Assembly: GCA_002269645.1 (NCBI GenBank)
Contig: NIVC01001772.1
Location: forward strand, 103,384-167,383
Source of the DNA: Macrostomum lignano
Lineage: Eukaryota
Direction: 5' to 3'
Length of the DNA stretch: 64,000 nt
Position numbers and translations under genes: made by a program. The notes below the pieces were generated by a model. That model was not told the origin of the DNA. It did no database searches and saw nothing but the letters and a program-made list of their open reading frames with translations. Positions within the stretch are counted from its first letter, which is position 1, and each line of letters starts with the position of its first letter. Of this stretch, positions 34,621-62,222 are shown piece by piece.

Positions 34621-36239
34621 AGACCAGTCTTATCCATAACTTCATCGAGATTCGAGTCCATGGGAGCTGATTCCTGTGGATTTGCCGAATCACTTGGTCT
34701 AGATAACTGAGGAATTCCGACTGAACTCCTGAAATCCCATTCAGAACATTTTCATTTGGAAAACCTGAAATTTGGGTCTACAATCAGAATTTAGCAGTGT
34801 TGAACAATGAAAAATTTTGGAAAATGCAGCCGGAACAGCTTTCCTTTTTCCCGAACTTTTGCAGGATCACATTTCCGGAAAAAGGGGCTATTCCGGGCCA
34901 AAAATGCTGATCCGGGCCTTCACTTGGAAATCAATTAATAAATCGGGTCTGGATCACGAAATTCTGGAAAAAATTCTGGGTGAAAAGTACAACGGGGTCT
35001 TACAGACCGGATAACACATCTTGATTGAAATATTTTCCATTATCTGGTTTGCAAACCAGATTCGCATCATGTTATCCGGTAAATTTCAGATTCACACAGG
35101 TTTCTTACAGACTAGATGACACACAGTTATCTCGATTTAAATCTTGTACTGTTATCTGATTTTCAAACAAGATTCGCGCCATGTTATCCTGCGAAATTCC
35201 GATTCAAACAAGATTTGATCAAACAAGATAACAGAGAATTATCTGGTGGCGAATCTTGTACTGTTATCTGTCTTTCAAACAAGATTCGCGCCATGTTATC
35301 CTGCGAATTTCAGAACTCACCAGATAACAGTCAAACAAGAAAACAAAAAATTACCTGGTGGCGAATCTTGTCGTGTAATCTGATTACTCAGCAAGATTCG
35401 GCCATATGTTATCTGGTGAAATTCAGATGACTCACCAGATAACAGACAAATCAGATAACACTAAAATTACCTGGTGACGAATCTGGTGGTTTCACCAGTT
35501 TCGCACCTCAAACAAGGAAATCGGTAGTGAATCTGACAAGATTCGCAAATTATCTTGTGGTGTTATCTGTTTTATTTACCAGAGGGTACGAAAATCGGTA
35601 ATTCGGTTTGCGAGCTATCGTGAAATGGGTCGTGTGTATTTGTAATACACCCCCGTGGTCTTTTCCCATGGGGAAAAATAGCGTGGTCTTTCTACTGCTA
35701 ATAGAGTGGCGTTTTTGAGTGAGGGCGCCGACTTACACACTGTAATGAGCTGCAGTTTTACCAGACTATTTTTAAAATTTAAAGACCTAAAGTATTGAAG
35801 AAGCCGAATCGGCCAATTTCATGCAGAACCACTCTCTGACTTCCCTCAGAACTGTTTGTTACTTTATTTATTACATGCAGCATTGTATTTTTTATTAATA
35901 TAAAGACACATGAGTTGCAAAATGGGAAAGAAAATTGGGAAACCAATAAACAACAGTTCAAAAAGAATTGCACATAAGTAGGAACAGAAAGTAAATAAAG
36001 TTAGAGATTTGGAAAAAAACAAGAAAAATTGCGCACAACACGTAAAACCAGAAACGCGAAAAATATATAATACACACTTAAAACAACTGTTTATAAACTG
36101 CACAGGCTAAAAAATCGAGTGCAAAAAACTGTCATAGGTTAAATGAGCTTGTCAAGAAAAAAACTAACGTTATGTAATTTAGCAACCAAAAAACTTTAAC
36201 CGAACAGTGTTCGTCAGTACCAGCTGCAACCCCCGCATT

Positions 36240-36785
36240 TCAAGTGAAGCTCGACTTCGCCCGTTCGTGAATAGGAAAAGCGACTGTAGCTGAGCTTGTC
36301 AAAGTCGCACTGTTGGCCTCGAAAATGCTGGGCAGGCAAGGCTGGTACCGCTGCAGACATTTGTGCCCGCACCTGTAGACGTCAGATCGAACGTAGCCAA
36401 GTTCGGCTCGAGTCTGCGAGGCTCGCTGCAATTTGCGCATAAATGCGGCGTGATGCAGCTCCTCGGAAGCGGCTTCAACGTTGAATCGATGACGCAATAG
36501 GCTTAGACGCGCTTCTGATTCATTGAATCCTTGGTTGATCAGCTGCACAATGCAAGACTGAAGTCGCCTACCCAGCGCCTCCAATTGGTTGTCAATGATC
36601 GACTGAGTCGGCCAGACATTTTGAGAACGACGATGATAACCTTGCTGAGGATGAAGATAACCACCCATGGCTGTTGGAAGCTGGAGCGCCGGCTGAGGCT
36701 GCTGTTGCAACAGCATCACTTGACCACTTGTCCAGCAGTGGCGACCTCCAACTGTGCTGTCGTGCTGTAACATGCGGCCAGACAT
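36240..36785 (-). CDS. Single-exon 181-aa protein with a UBA-like domain
   Basis: IVQLINQGFNESEARLSLLRHRFNVEAASEEL fits the UBA pattern (L..(M)GF....AR.AL.....NVE.A.E.L). GC-rich ATG ORF in AT-rich surroundings; acceptor-like TTTCAAG ~30 nt upstream. Confidence 0.65.
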   Translation of the reverse strand: MSGRMLQHDSTVGGRHCWTSGQVMLLQQQPQPALQLPTAMGGYLHPQQGYHRRSQNVWPTQSIIDNQLEALGRRLQSCIVQLINQGFNESEARLSLLRHRFNVEAASEELHHAAFMRKLQRASQTRAELGYVRSDVYRCGHKCLQRYQPCLPSIFEANSATLTSSATVAFPIHERAKSSFT

Positions 36786-37492
36786 AATTAAATTTGTTGT
36801 GTCTGCTGATTACTCTTGAAATAATATAGCACTCAAAATATCAGCGCTCTTATCTAAAAGTTTTTGGCGAGACTTATTAAATAACAAAGTCTGTCTCGCC
36901 CACACAAAACCCTTTATTTCTTAACCGGGGGTTGCAAAGCGACTGACTCACCCAGGTCTCAGTTTTGGCTTGAACGTGCGAACCCGCCACCCCACCCCCC
37001 ATATGCAGCCCCTACCCCTAAAAATCTCTTACCCCAAAACTATCGGCTAGGCATGTGTCTCGCCCACCACCCCATTTCCTCTTCCACACGCAACCAATAG
37101 GATGAGATCGTCAATTGATAGCGCGACGCTCACGTGACTAAAAGCTTGTTTGGTTTTTGGGACAGTGCACGTTATCTGCCACGTCTATTATATAGATGTA
37201 GAAGTCATAGAGATTGAGTTCAGTTGCACTTGAATGAATGCGTTAGAAAGTTCAAAACTGCCATTAACCCAAGTTTTCGTTCATGTTAGGGCGTTTTATC
37301 ATTGTGGCTGAACGGTTTACGTGCACCTGTGCGTGTCCGCTTGAAATTTTCAAAATATTATTTGCGATAAAAAAATATTCAATAATACTCAGCAGCAACA
37401 TTGAAAAGTCGCCACCATTTGCCCCAGTAAGCAAATGGACCTTTCCCCTAGCGTCTTTCGACCAGCGTCTATCACCTGGCCTGGCCAAAAAA

Positions 37493-37631
37493 ATGCTTGA
37501 AAAAACATTCAACATCGGGCGAAAGCTTCAATCCATTCGATCTTCGCCCTCCGCTCTTCCTAATCCCTCCTCACCCAGCCCAACTCTGCGTCAGCGTCGC
37601 GTAGTGCAAGTTGCAAACTTGCAAAATATGA
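37493..37631 (+). CDS. Possible first coding exon of the Raf gene
   Basis: ATG...MLEKTFNIGRKLQSIRSSPS...LQNM followed by a phase-1 GTATGA donor that fits the phase-1 acceptor at 40841 (or 40739); no homology support. Confidence 0.3.
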
Positions 37632-39413
37632 GTATGAGTATATTTTCTTTCAGTTGGCATCCCGCGTGCGCGCGGGGGGACGGTATTATACAATTGTGCA
37701 CTATATATAGTCTGGGCTCTGAGGCAGCTTTCCTATAGTGCGCAACTAGGGATGTCGATTTAATTTTCCGGGAAATTTTCTTATTCGGCCGGACCCGAGG
37801 ATTTTTCTTATCGTGACCCTCGGGAATTTATACATTGTACTGTCAATTCATAGCATAGGAAACGGAAGAAGGATTTTTCTTTTGATAATAATTTCCCTAC
37901 TGCTCTGGCTCTTTAATTCCATCACACTTGACGAAATTGCATGGTTGGCGCAATTGCTGTAAGAACTGCATACTTTATATGTTTTTTTATTTTTTGTCGA
38001 AAATGCATGCACAAGTGCCGATTCTGAATCGCTGTTTTATTTTTGTTGCAACTGGTCGAAAACGGTTGCCCTACTTCACTTGAATTGGTGGCAGTTGTTG
38101 GAACTGATCGACTGTTTGTTTAAAATGCAAACTGAAAACGCGGAAACTGTATATTGTACAGCTTGTCAAAACTGCATGGTGAAAAATCTGAAGCTACACA
38201 ACCAAAAGCAACTGGACCACTGAAGTCACTTCTTAAGTATAGTCCCTGCCAAAAAGTGTCGGAATCAGATGCAAGAAAAAATTAAAACTGATTGCAAATA
38301 GTTCAAAACTGAAAATGAATAGCTAGTTAGTAACTCCGTCAATATTTTTCTATAAGGTCGCTTTTTATAGTTAGTACGTCATTCTAAACAAGAAAAACAA
38401 TTTAGGATAAATATCTAAGCAGCAACCCTTTGGTTTGAGCAGCAGAGTTTGTATCTCCACTATTATTTGGATTTTTGTTATACACTGAGAACTGTTTCTG
38501 GCGCATTTTCAGTCTTACGGTTCCTAACATAAAATTTCTTATTGATATTATAAATAAAATATAAGTGACAAACAAAAATTGTGAATAAATGAATTTGTGT
38601 AAAGGGCATAAATTTAATGCTATTCTTTAGACATTTTACTAATAAATAAATTATAATACAGCTCTTCAAACTTAAAAGTTTACATTTAGGTTCAAGTTTC
38701 AGTTTTGAGTTTTGAAAGAGGCAGTGCCAGCCAGTGTGGCAGTTGCCCAGTGAAAAAAGTCAAATCTATTAAATTATCAAGAATACAAGATATTTGAATT
38801 CTCTTGAATTAAAACTGTATTAACACCAGAAAGCATATGCTAGTAATGACTTTAATACATATTTTATAAAATAATTTAAATCATTAACTTAACTCATCTC
38901 ATATAGTCATAGATATACACAGACTGTGAACTTATTTATTGAAGTGAATATTTTGACTAGGCCCTAAGCTCAGGCCTATTCTTGTTATAGTATGCTAAAA
39001 GCTACTTAATGCTGTTATAAGCCTCATGATTCTAGATTTCTATTTTGTTAGCTAATTTGTTAAAGCTTAAATAGTAGTCTAAACTCATAATTTACTTAAC
39101 CTAAAAAGGTCTTTTTAGGCCTGGCCTAACCATAAGAGTAAAACAATTGAATCCAAAGTCAAGACTCAAAAGGCAGTGTAGCTAGATAAAAACTTAAAAT
39201 GGAAATCAGCAATATTATTGATGAAGGTATGTAATAACTTGGTAATATCATTGTGATTTTATGAAATGATTAATAAGATTAAAACTAGTATAAGCCTTTT
39301 ATTCATATCAATAAAATCTGTCAAAGGTTAAAGCATTATTAGGTTTTTTACTTTTTTTTCAAGTAAACTAAGAATATTTTTTATATTTATGAATAATTTA
39401 TAAATAAAATAGG

Positions 39414-39908
39414 CCATAGTCCATTTTATGCTTCAAGTTATACTGGAAAAAAACTGATGAAATTTCATAATTTATGCCAGACTTATGCCAGGGCTATAGT
39501 CCAGATCATGCTAGATGCACACCCAAACAAAAATGGACTAATTACAAATGCAAGCCAATAAACATAAAAAATATCAAAAAGATGATAAGATAAAAGTATT
39601 GATTTTATAGCATAATTTCTTGATTTAAAATCTTGTTTTACTTTTTACAAATAATTAGATATATAGGGATTTAAATTCCTAATTTTATTCAAATACAAAG
39701 TAAGTTACACAGTCATTGAAACCCTAGTCATGTTTATTTCTAGTCAGGGAAATTTGCCAAAAGATAATCTATAATTTTTTTATGCTAGCCATTTATGCCA
39801 ATCCATTTTTCTATCAATTCTTACACCAAGCATTTATGCCAAAGCAAATTTTTTTTTCTAGATTTATGCCAGAGATTTTCAGCATAACTGTAACAAAATG
39901 GACTATGG
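39414..39908. mobile_element. Degenerate AT-rich MITE-like element
   Basis: Inverted ends CCATAGTCCATTTT ... AAAATGGACTATGG extending imperfectly to ~40 bp; internal repeated ATTTATGCCA. Confidence 0.45.
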
Positions 39909-40840
39909 TTGTTAGGCCAGTCTTTTATTATGCTTTCAATATGCCTGCTTTTTCAATTTTATGTATAAATTAAGCAATAAATATTTCAATAAATATTATT
40001 ATTATTAGCAAAGAAGCAAAATAAAAGTTAAAGGCAAAAAGAAGCATACAAGCATAACAATAATATAACAATAACATAAGCAAGTAAAAAAGATAGTAAA
40101 TAAATCAAGTTTCAAAAGTAGCTAGGTACAATATAACAGCCATAGCCATTGAGCAAAATGTAAAAAAATTAATAGTCAAATAAATTCAAAACTATATGGT
40201 ATAACCAATGTAAATTTAGAAATGGTATATGTCTATTACAAACTAGTATTGAGTATAAAATATTTTGTTTGTATTGTTTTTGTGCAATGATTTTTTCATT
40301 CTACAACTAGATAATGGTTTTAGAGCATATAACACCTATAAGCAATATGGGCTATTGCTTATAAATATAGTACAAAAAATAAATAAAGATTTTCAAATAG
40401 ATTCAAATATAGAAAACATAATTTGCTTATTTAATAAAGCCTTTATGGCTTTATATATAACAATACTATAAAAAATATACTATGCTATGGTCTATTTGGT
40501 CTTTTAATCTAAATAAAATAGACCTAACCTTTCTTACCATGTCACATACCCCTTCCTTGCATTCTTAATTAATGTTTGTAACTAATATGAGCTATTGATC
40601 TTCTGGAAAAGTAGTTAGAAAATAGCTAAAATTGTACTCACAGCAAATAATTCAAGCTTTCATTAATAGTATTGCACTCTAACTAGAGTAAAAATATCAT
40701 AAACTATAAAATACTTAATTATTTTTGTTTTTTTCCAGGTAGTTGCAATGTTTCAGACTCCACATCTAAGTTAGAAATTATCCACTTAACACTTTATAAT
40801 GTTTCGAATAAACCTATTCATAACTTATTTCAACCTTTAG

Positions 40841-55474
<14,634 letters not shown>

Positions 55475-56164
55475 GGAAATTTTCAACTGAATAACGGACT
55501 GACTCAAAAATTGATTATACACACACTATTTCACTAGATTGTTTTCATAATTATGATCAGTAAAAAGCTGTAAGTGTCTTGTGCGCCAGTATCCCTGTGA
55601 TTGTAATACTTATATTTATTTATGTGTTAACTTTAATTTCACCTTTTGCGTTTATAATCTAATCTCATCAACTTAACAACGAATTTGAGTTATGAAGTTT
55701 TGCTCCTGCGAATCAATATATTAATTTAGTAAATTCAATTTATTCAAAATATTAACTAAACATCGAACCTGTTGATTGATGTCGATTTGTGTCCCTCTCG
55801 CATAGGCCCATTGTCCCATTGTGTCCAAAGTATCCAAAACTATTCTAGGGTTTTTCGTCTAACAGTTTAATAAAGAAATTTTGCTTTTCAGTAAAATTTA
55901 CTGTTTGTGTATTTATTTGTAGGTACATGTTATATGTACAAATTAAGTGCTGCAGTACACGATCAATGTACTTTAAATTCGGCCATTGTATGCTTTGCGC
56001 AGTTTGAACTTGTTTCTATCATAGTACCTTGTCTATTTTTACAAATTTCGTTAAAATACACAATTAAGTACGTGTTGTTTTAATGCTTTGCGTCCTATTG
56101 TATAATTGTGCATCTCATTGTTGCTTTTATGGCATGGCATTGTACTTTTTATGGCATGGCATTG

Positions 56165-56705
56165 TCCTAAGTCATCTATCAGCAATTCCCATTGAGTCAT
56201 TAGTCATTTATCAGCAATTCCCATTGACTCATTGAGTCATTAGTCATCTATCAGCAGTCCCATTGACTCATTGAGTCATTAGTCATCTATCAGCAATTCC
56301 CATTGAGTCATTAGTCATCTATCAGCAGTCCCATTGACTCATTGAGTCATTAGTCATCTATCAGCAGTCCCATTGACTCATTGAGTCATTAGTCATCTAT
56401 CAGCAATTCCCATTGAGTCATTAGTCATCTATCAGCAGTCCCATTGACTCATTGAGTCATTAGTCATCTATCAGCAATCCCCATTGTGTCATTAGTAATC
56501 TATCAGCAATTCCCATTGAGTCATTAGTCATCCATCAGCAATCCCTATTGAGTCATTAGTCATCTATCAGCAATCCCCATTGTGTCATTAGTCATCTATC
56601 AGCAATCCCCATTGAGTCCTTAGTCATCTATCAGCAATCCCCATTGAGTCCTTAGTCATCTATCAGCAATTCCCATTGAGTCATTAGTCATCCATCAGCA
56701 ATCGA
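56165..56705. repeat. 32/39-bp minisatellite made of AP-1 consensus sites
   Basis: CATTGAGTCATTAGTCATCTATCAGCAATTCC and CATTGACTCATTGAGTCATT...; 16 perfect TGA(C/G)TCA counted. Confidence 0.92.
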
Positions 56706-56894
56706 AGTCATTCAAGTTTTCACTCACATCTTCAAGAATAGCTTTTTGTTGTCTATGTTTCCGATTTCGATTACCCCGATCGCATTGAAAGTACTTGGAT
56801 TTCTTGCATGCCCATTCTGCAAGAAGCTATTAATAGCTGAATAGACAATTCTAATTGTAACAAAAGACAGAATTCTCTCTGACTAAAAAGCAAC

Positions 56895-57767
56895 ATGTCT
56901 GACAGCGAGGAGCAGCAAAACCTGCTGGAGCAGCCGTTCGATCAGCCGTCCGGAGGCGACGGCACTAAGAAACTCGACGACGATTTTGAAGCTCTTGAAA
57001 GCGCTTTCGGCACGGGGGACCAGGCCCCGGCCAGTGCTTCGCCCCCAGCCCAGCCGGAGCAGCAACCGGTTCAGCAGGAGGAGCAGAAACAGCCACAGGA
57101 AACGTCTGATTCCGATCCCAACAAGATGCTACTCTGCTGCTCCTATTTGGAGAGGGCCGATCCGCGTTTGAAATCGCTTCTACTCTGGTCGGATCCGAAG
57201 CGTTCGGGCGCTGTACTGTTCTCGTCTCTGACGCTGCTATGGGCCTGCATGTCGCTGTCGTTTGTATCCGTGCTGGCTTACCTTGGCCTGGCCGCTCTGC
57301 TCTGCACTTGCGCTGTTCGACTCTACGCTTTTACTGTTAAACGCGGAGTTGCTGGAACTGGCAGCGGCGGTGAACAGCAGCAGCAGCAGCAGCAGCAGCA
57401 GGACCTACTGGCCTGTCTGAGCGAACCGATCCGTCTGCCTCGCGATTGCGTCATCAACTTCGTAGACAGTCGTCTGGCTTGCATGGAGCGCGACGTTAAT
57501 GTGCTGCTAGATTTGCTACTGTTTCGCGATTCGGTTCGCACGCTGAAATTCTTCTGCTGTCTAATTGTGCTGACATACGTTGGCAGCTGGTTCAACGCTC
57601 TGACCCTGGTTAGCTTTGCTCTGGTCAGCTCATTCTGCCTGCCCAAGGCTTACAGCGTCTATTACAAGAAGGTTGACGCTGTACTCGTCCAACTGCTCGA
57701 CCGCTATCGCCAGGTTAACGCCACTATTCGGGCCTCGATTCCGTTTGGCAAGGAGAAGAAGAATTAA
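56895..57767 (+). CDS. RTN: Reticulon family protein, 290 aa, intronless
   Basis: Reticulon homology domain: LLLWSDPKRSGAVL..., SFVSVLAYLGLAAL, LLFRDSVRTLKF, LTYVGSWFNALTL. Acidic N-terminus and C-terminal KxKxx (GKEKKN*). Confidence 0.92.
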   Translation: MSDSEEQQNLLEQPFDQPSGGDGTKKLDDDFEALESAFGTGDQAPASASPPAQPEQQPVQQEEQKQPQETSDSDPNKMLLCCSYLERADPRLKSLLLWSDPKRSGAVLFSSLTLLWACMSLSFVSVLAYLGLAALLCTCAVRLYAFTVKRGVAGTGSGGEQQQQQQQQQDLLACLSEPIRLPRDCVINFVDSRLACMERDVNVLLDLLLFRDSVRTLKFFCCLIVLTYVGSWFNALTLVSFALVSSFCLPKAYSVYYKKVDAVLVQLLDRYRQVNATIRASIPFGKEKKN

Positions 57768-59135
57768 AGCAACAGTTTAATTGGAGAAACAGTGAAGATT
57801 TGCGACGATACATTGATTGATAGTAGATTGCTGATGGATTCCATTGGTTTAGGGCGTGTGTGTGTTTTTGTTCACTGGGTTTGTGTTCGTTTTTGTTGTT
57901 TTTTTTATCCTGCACATTAATTTAGTGCTTGCTTTATTTTTTGTCTAACTTTTTTTAACAAAAAAGCAAACGTGTTTTCTTTTCAATTGTAAGCGCTTCT
58001 AAAGAAGTCTCTAAAATTAGATAAGACCCATATAAACGTTTTCTAAACTATATTTTTCTCTGCTAGTTCTATCGCTTAAATTTCTATTTTGTTTTGAACC
58101 CAATTGTAACCATTTTTACTGTGCTATGTTTATTATTAATTCTTTATCTTTTAATAATCTATATTTCATATTTAAATATGGTATACACAGCATCTGTGTT
58201 AGACTGACTCTATCTGGGATCGTGCTGTCGCCATCCGTATGCATGTAAATATTGATTCATTATAAATTACATCTTTTTAAATAGTACCTTAATATCTATG
58301 CACCGGATCTATACAAAACTGGAGTAAACCATAATTTTGTTGTTTCATCAAACTATTTCAGCAAAATCGGATATATGCTACTTATCGCTCTGAAAAGCAA
58401 GCTACAGTAGTAGTATGTCCACGCTTGAAGTGGAAATTCGATCTTTAATTATATCTCTGTTGTACTTGTACTACAAATTTAGCTTCTCCGTGACTTGAGC
58501 TTAATTAATTAAAAGTGCATCTGTATTCCAAGCACACCTGTACAGCAGACACGTTTGCACAGCTCTGTGAATAAAGAAACCCTGCTTATGGTATCACTAA
58601 GCAAATACTGACTGTCAATTAACTAAGCTGATTGTTGTAAGCTCATTTGCGTTATATTTTGTTTACTTTACTTAATAACAAACGTAATATACATCGCCGA
58701 ATATATTTACTGAAGTGGTATATTTCTTAGCTATCGATTCTCTGACCCTAACTAACGTCAAGCTTATTTTAGGATTACATATTGATCCTTCTTACGAGTT
58801 TCTATAGGCTTTGTAGGCTTTTGTAATAAATTATTGTTTTTTTATTTTATTGACACAGTAAGTGCTAAAAGTTTCATTGTTTTTGCGGTGTTTGGTTAAA
58901 AACTATTTCGACTTTTTCCCCTAAAAAATTTACATTGACGTCTTTTTTATTCATCTAATTTGTTTGTTTATCTAAAGTTGTTCTAAAAATGTTGGTCATT
59001 TAAAGCGATTCTCTGTTAATAATCACATTATATCTGAGTAGACTACTACTGCTACTTTTGCTGCTTGTTATAATAATGATTACTAATGTTCGAGTAAAAC
59101 GTAGTTAAATTCCCCAAATAAAGTGCGACTTTTTT

Positions 59136-59837
59136 AGCAAGGACGACTTAAGTGGAGGGACGGGAAACCTCGTTTCTTGGAAAATTTTAGAAGGCAGGCT
59201 TTTTCCCAAAAAATACACTACGGAGATAGGAAGTTTTCATTTTTCAGCACAAAACTTGTTATTGCTTTTGATAGGAGGCAGATCCCGTGTTCATTTTTTG
59301 ATATGATGTGCCTTTTTTATTGCTCTATCGATATTTATGAAGCTTTTCGTTCGGAAAATTAGGATTCTGTGTTAATTTTTATTCTACGTACATTTGCACG
59401 TATCTTGTGCCTAAAAACCATTAGAATAGCACAGCTCGGCTCTTTGGTTATATGAGTCTATTTTATCATTCATAGCTGACTGTGTAACAAATATGCGTAG
59501 CACAAATGATAAAATGGATTCATAAAAACCAAATATTTAGAGTTGTCCAATGCATTTTTTTATTTTTAGGTACAGGAAATGTACGTAGAATAAACATTAA
59601 CATAGAATCCTAATTCTTTAAACGAAAAGCTTTGTGAATATCGATAGAGCAATAAGAAAGGCACAACATATCAAGAGATGAACACTGGATCTGCCTCCTA
59701 TCAAAAGCAATAACAATTTTTGTGCCGAAAAAATGAAAACTTCCAATCTCCGTAGTGTATTTGTTCGGGAAAAGCCTGCCTTCTAAAATTTTCTAGGAAA
59801 CGAGGTTTCCCGTCCTTCTACTCAAGTCGTCCTTGCT
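59136..59837. mobile_element. ~700-bp foldback (almost entirely palindromic) element
   Basis: Left arm AGCAAGGACGACTTAAGTGGAGGGACGGGAAACCTCGTTTC... is the reverse complement of the right arm ...GAAACGAGGTTTCCCGTCCTTCTACTCAAGTCGTCCTTGCT; pairing continues inward to a ~35-nt loop near 59470-59505. Confidence 0.85.
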
Positions 59838-62222
59838 TTTCAGCTGTAGCAGTCGATAATTAGGGTTTAAGACGTCTTGAACACCAACCCACCCACTCTG
59901 TACGCTGAATGTACTGGCTAGCAGCGAGAGAGTTAATTTAGGCTTGCTTTCACTCCCCACACGCACATTGAAAGCCAGTATCGATTGCATAGGGTCGATA
60001 ACAGAAAAGGGTTATAAAGATTGGGGTAGACGTTTTACGGCCTACTAGAAAATCGATAAAAAAACTGTCAGGCCAACACGCGCACGCAAGACTTCTGTCC
60101 AATGTTCAACAATTGTGAACCAGCGGCGATAAAGTGCGTGAAAAGCTCTCACCCACCCCAACGCTTACGCGCACCCCACATTAGCCCCCAACCTCATTTG
60201 TGATAAAAAAGTCTAAGCCTAATAACAACTCATCCACTCTACTAGCGCTGACAGATCCGATACAGAAATCGATAAGAAACCTACAAATTAAAGTACCCCG
60301 TCTACGGAACGCGTCACCGTTTTACAACTTCGAATCCAACATTCAATCCTTTTTGTTTCTTGTCCTTTTGTCGTTGAAGTATATTAAAGTTAGTATTTGT
60401 TTTTTGGATTTTCTTCCCACCGAAACTGTGGTCATCAAAAGTTTTTGTCTTTAACTAATTTTTTTTAAATTGCAGGGTCTTTGTAAATTGTGTCAAATCG
60501 CTAATTAGTTCACACACGGTTCCGCTAAAACCCATATATACACACTTATTATGCCGGCCATTAGCGCTTAACACAAATCGATATTTGCCCGTCATTGTTA
60601 AAAATCTCAACACTTATCCAATATTTTTATTTTGTTATGCTTTTGAAAAAAAACAATTTTATTATTATCAACAGCTATAACAATAATTATGCTTTTCGGC
60701 TTCGGAAACTTTTTATAAGAACCTGACGCGTCAGCAAATATTTCCTGCAAGTTACTGATAAATTTACTGAAAAATTAAAGCAGTAATAAAAGCGCAACTT
60801 TTTATTCGTCCTCCTTAAAGTAACTCCCAATTTCCACGCTATTTGTGATTAAAGGAAACGTTATAAGTTTTTTTGATATTGAATTTGTCTTGATTCTTTT
60901 GTTATTATGAGGCTTTTAAGCATAAGGTTTTTTTCGTTCGTTGAATAAAATCCCATTCAACTTGGCGTCAAGCGCGTTAGTTAAGATGCATTGCTTGATG
61001 CTTGATGCAAGCTTGTGCATCAAGCTATCACTCAGCGTGTTAGCAGCTCTTGGCATATGCATAAAGTATACAAACAAGTTTTAAACATCTCAAGAAGCAA
61101 GGCTTATGTGTAAGAGAGTGCTTTTAGGATTTAATGGATCATTTTGATGTGTGTTTAAAAGCCGTTTATAGTGTGTCAACGATTGTAGAATTGGGCTTGA
61201 AAGTCAATATTTAAAGCCTAGTGTTTTGGGCACATCAATCATTTAAATTTTTTCTGGAATTCCTGGACGTTTTCAAAACAGATGGTTTAAAATCTGAACC
61301 TACCAGTTTAAGAGATTTTCAATATATCTGTGTACGAAATCCTGGTTTGATGAATCGTCGAAAGATGGTTTTGCACTTTTGTCAGACTTTAACATCAAGC
61401 AAGCAGCTGCTTTGCGAGAGAAAATTCTAGCAAGCATTCTCAGACGGCTTAGCGAGTTTGTTTCCCGGTTCAATATTTTCCAGGAAGTTTCTCAGCCTCA
61501 GCTAAGCTGATTTGACTTAACAGTCCGCGTTTTATAAATCGATTTCTTGGATTAGGCTTAAACAGACTCAAGCTATGTTATAATCAGCATTCATATAGAC
61601 TTGTCAATTCAATAGGAATTTTCATAAGTGCTTATAGGGGGAACTGAAAAAGTAAAACATCTGGAACTTCTTGAGTGTATAATGAATGCACGAAAAGAGT
61701 TTTGGGTCGATTTTGTTCTCTGATACATGTATACTCGTAGGTCCTGAGGTAGATGACCTATATGTATGGGGGCATGCGTTTGCCACCACACTGCTCGCTT
61801 ATACATTTCGTGCGCTTTTCAAGTCCCTATGGCAGTATATGAAATAATACGAGTACTATATAAACCTTCACCTATCAGTGCAACCATGCAGGGCAGGCAG
61901 CAGGGCGAGGCTCCTAAATCGCTTTAGCTGCAACATATTTCTGCGCGGCAGGAAAGATCTCTCTCTCTCTCTTCAATCAATGGGAGCTTGTATCTAAGTG
62001 TGTTCTTAACTTCCCTCTTGGCATTGGTATGCTGCACGATTTATATAGTGAAGGAAAAGCCCCCTTTCATTGTACGCCGGGACATTTTACGCGGCGATTA
62101 TCGCTTTCCATACGGTTACCTGCAATGCATGCGCGGCGTTTTGTACAATTAGCCCTTGCAATTTCTATACAAATCTTCCAGCTCTGATCCTGCACACCAA
62201 GCCTATAAGCATAACCTCATTC

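Larger units (their letters stand above)
31697..35586. mobile_element. ~3.9-kb non-autonomous TIR element (CCC...GGG termini, TA flanks, CMC/EnSpm-like subterminal repeats)
   Basis: TA|CCCTCTGGTAAATAAACCAGATAACACCACAAGATAA at left versus TTATCTTGTGGTGTTATCTGTTTTATTTACCAGAGGG|TA at right. AAACAAGATTCG/CAGATAACAG motifs repeat in both subterminal regions; no recognisable transposase inside. Confidence 0.8.
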
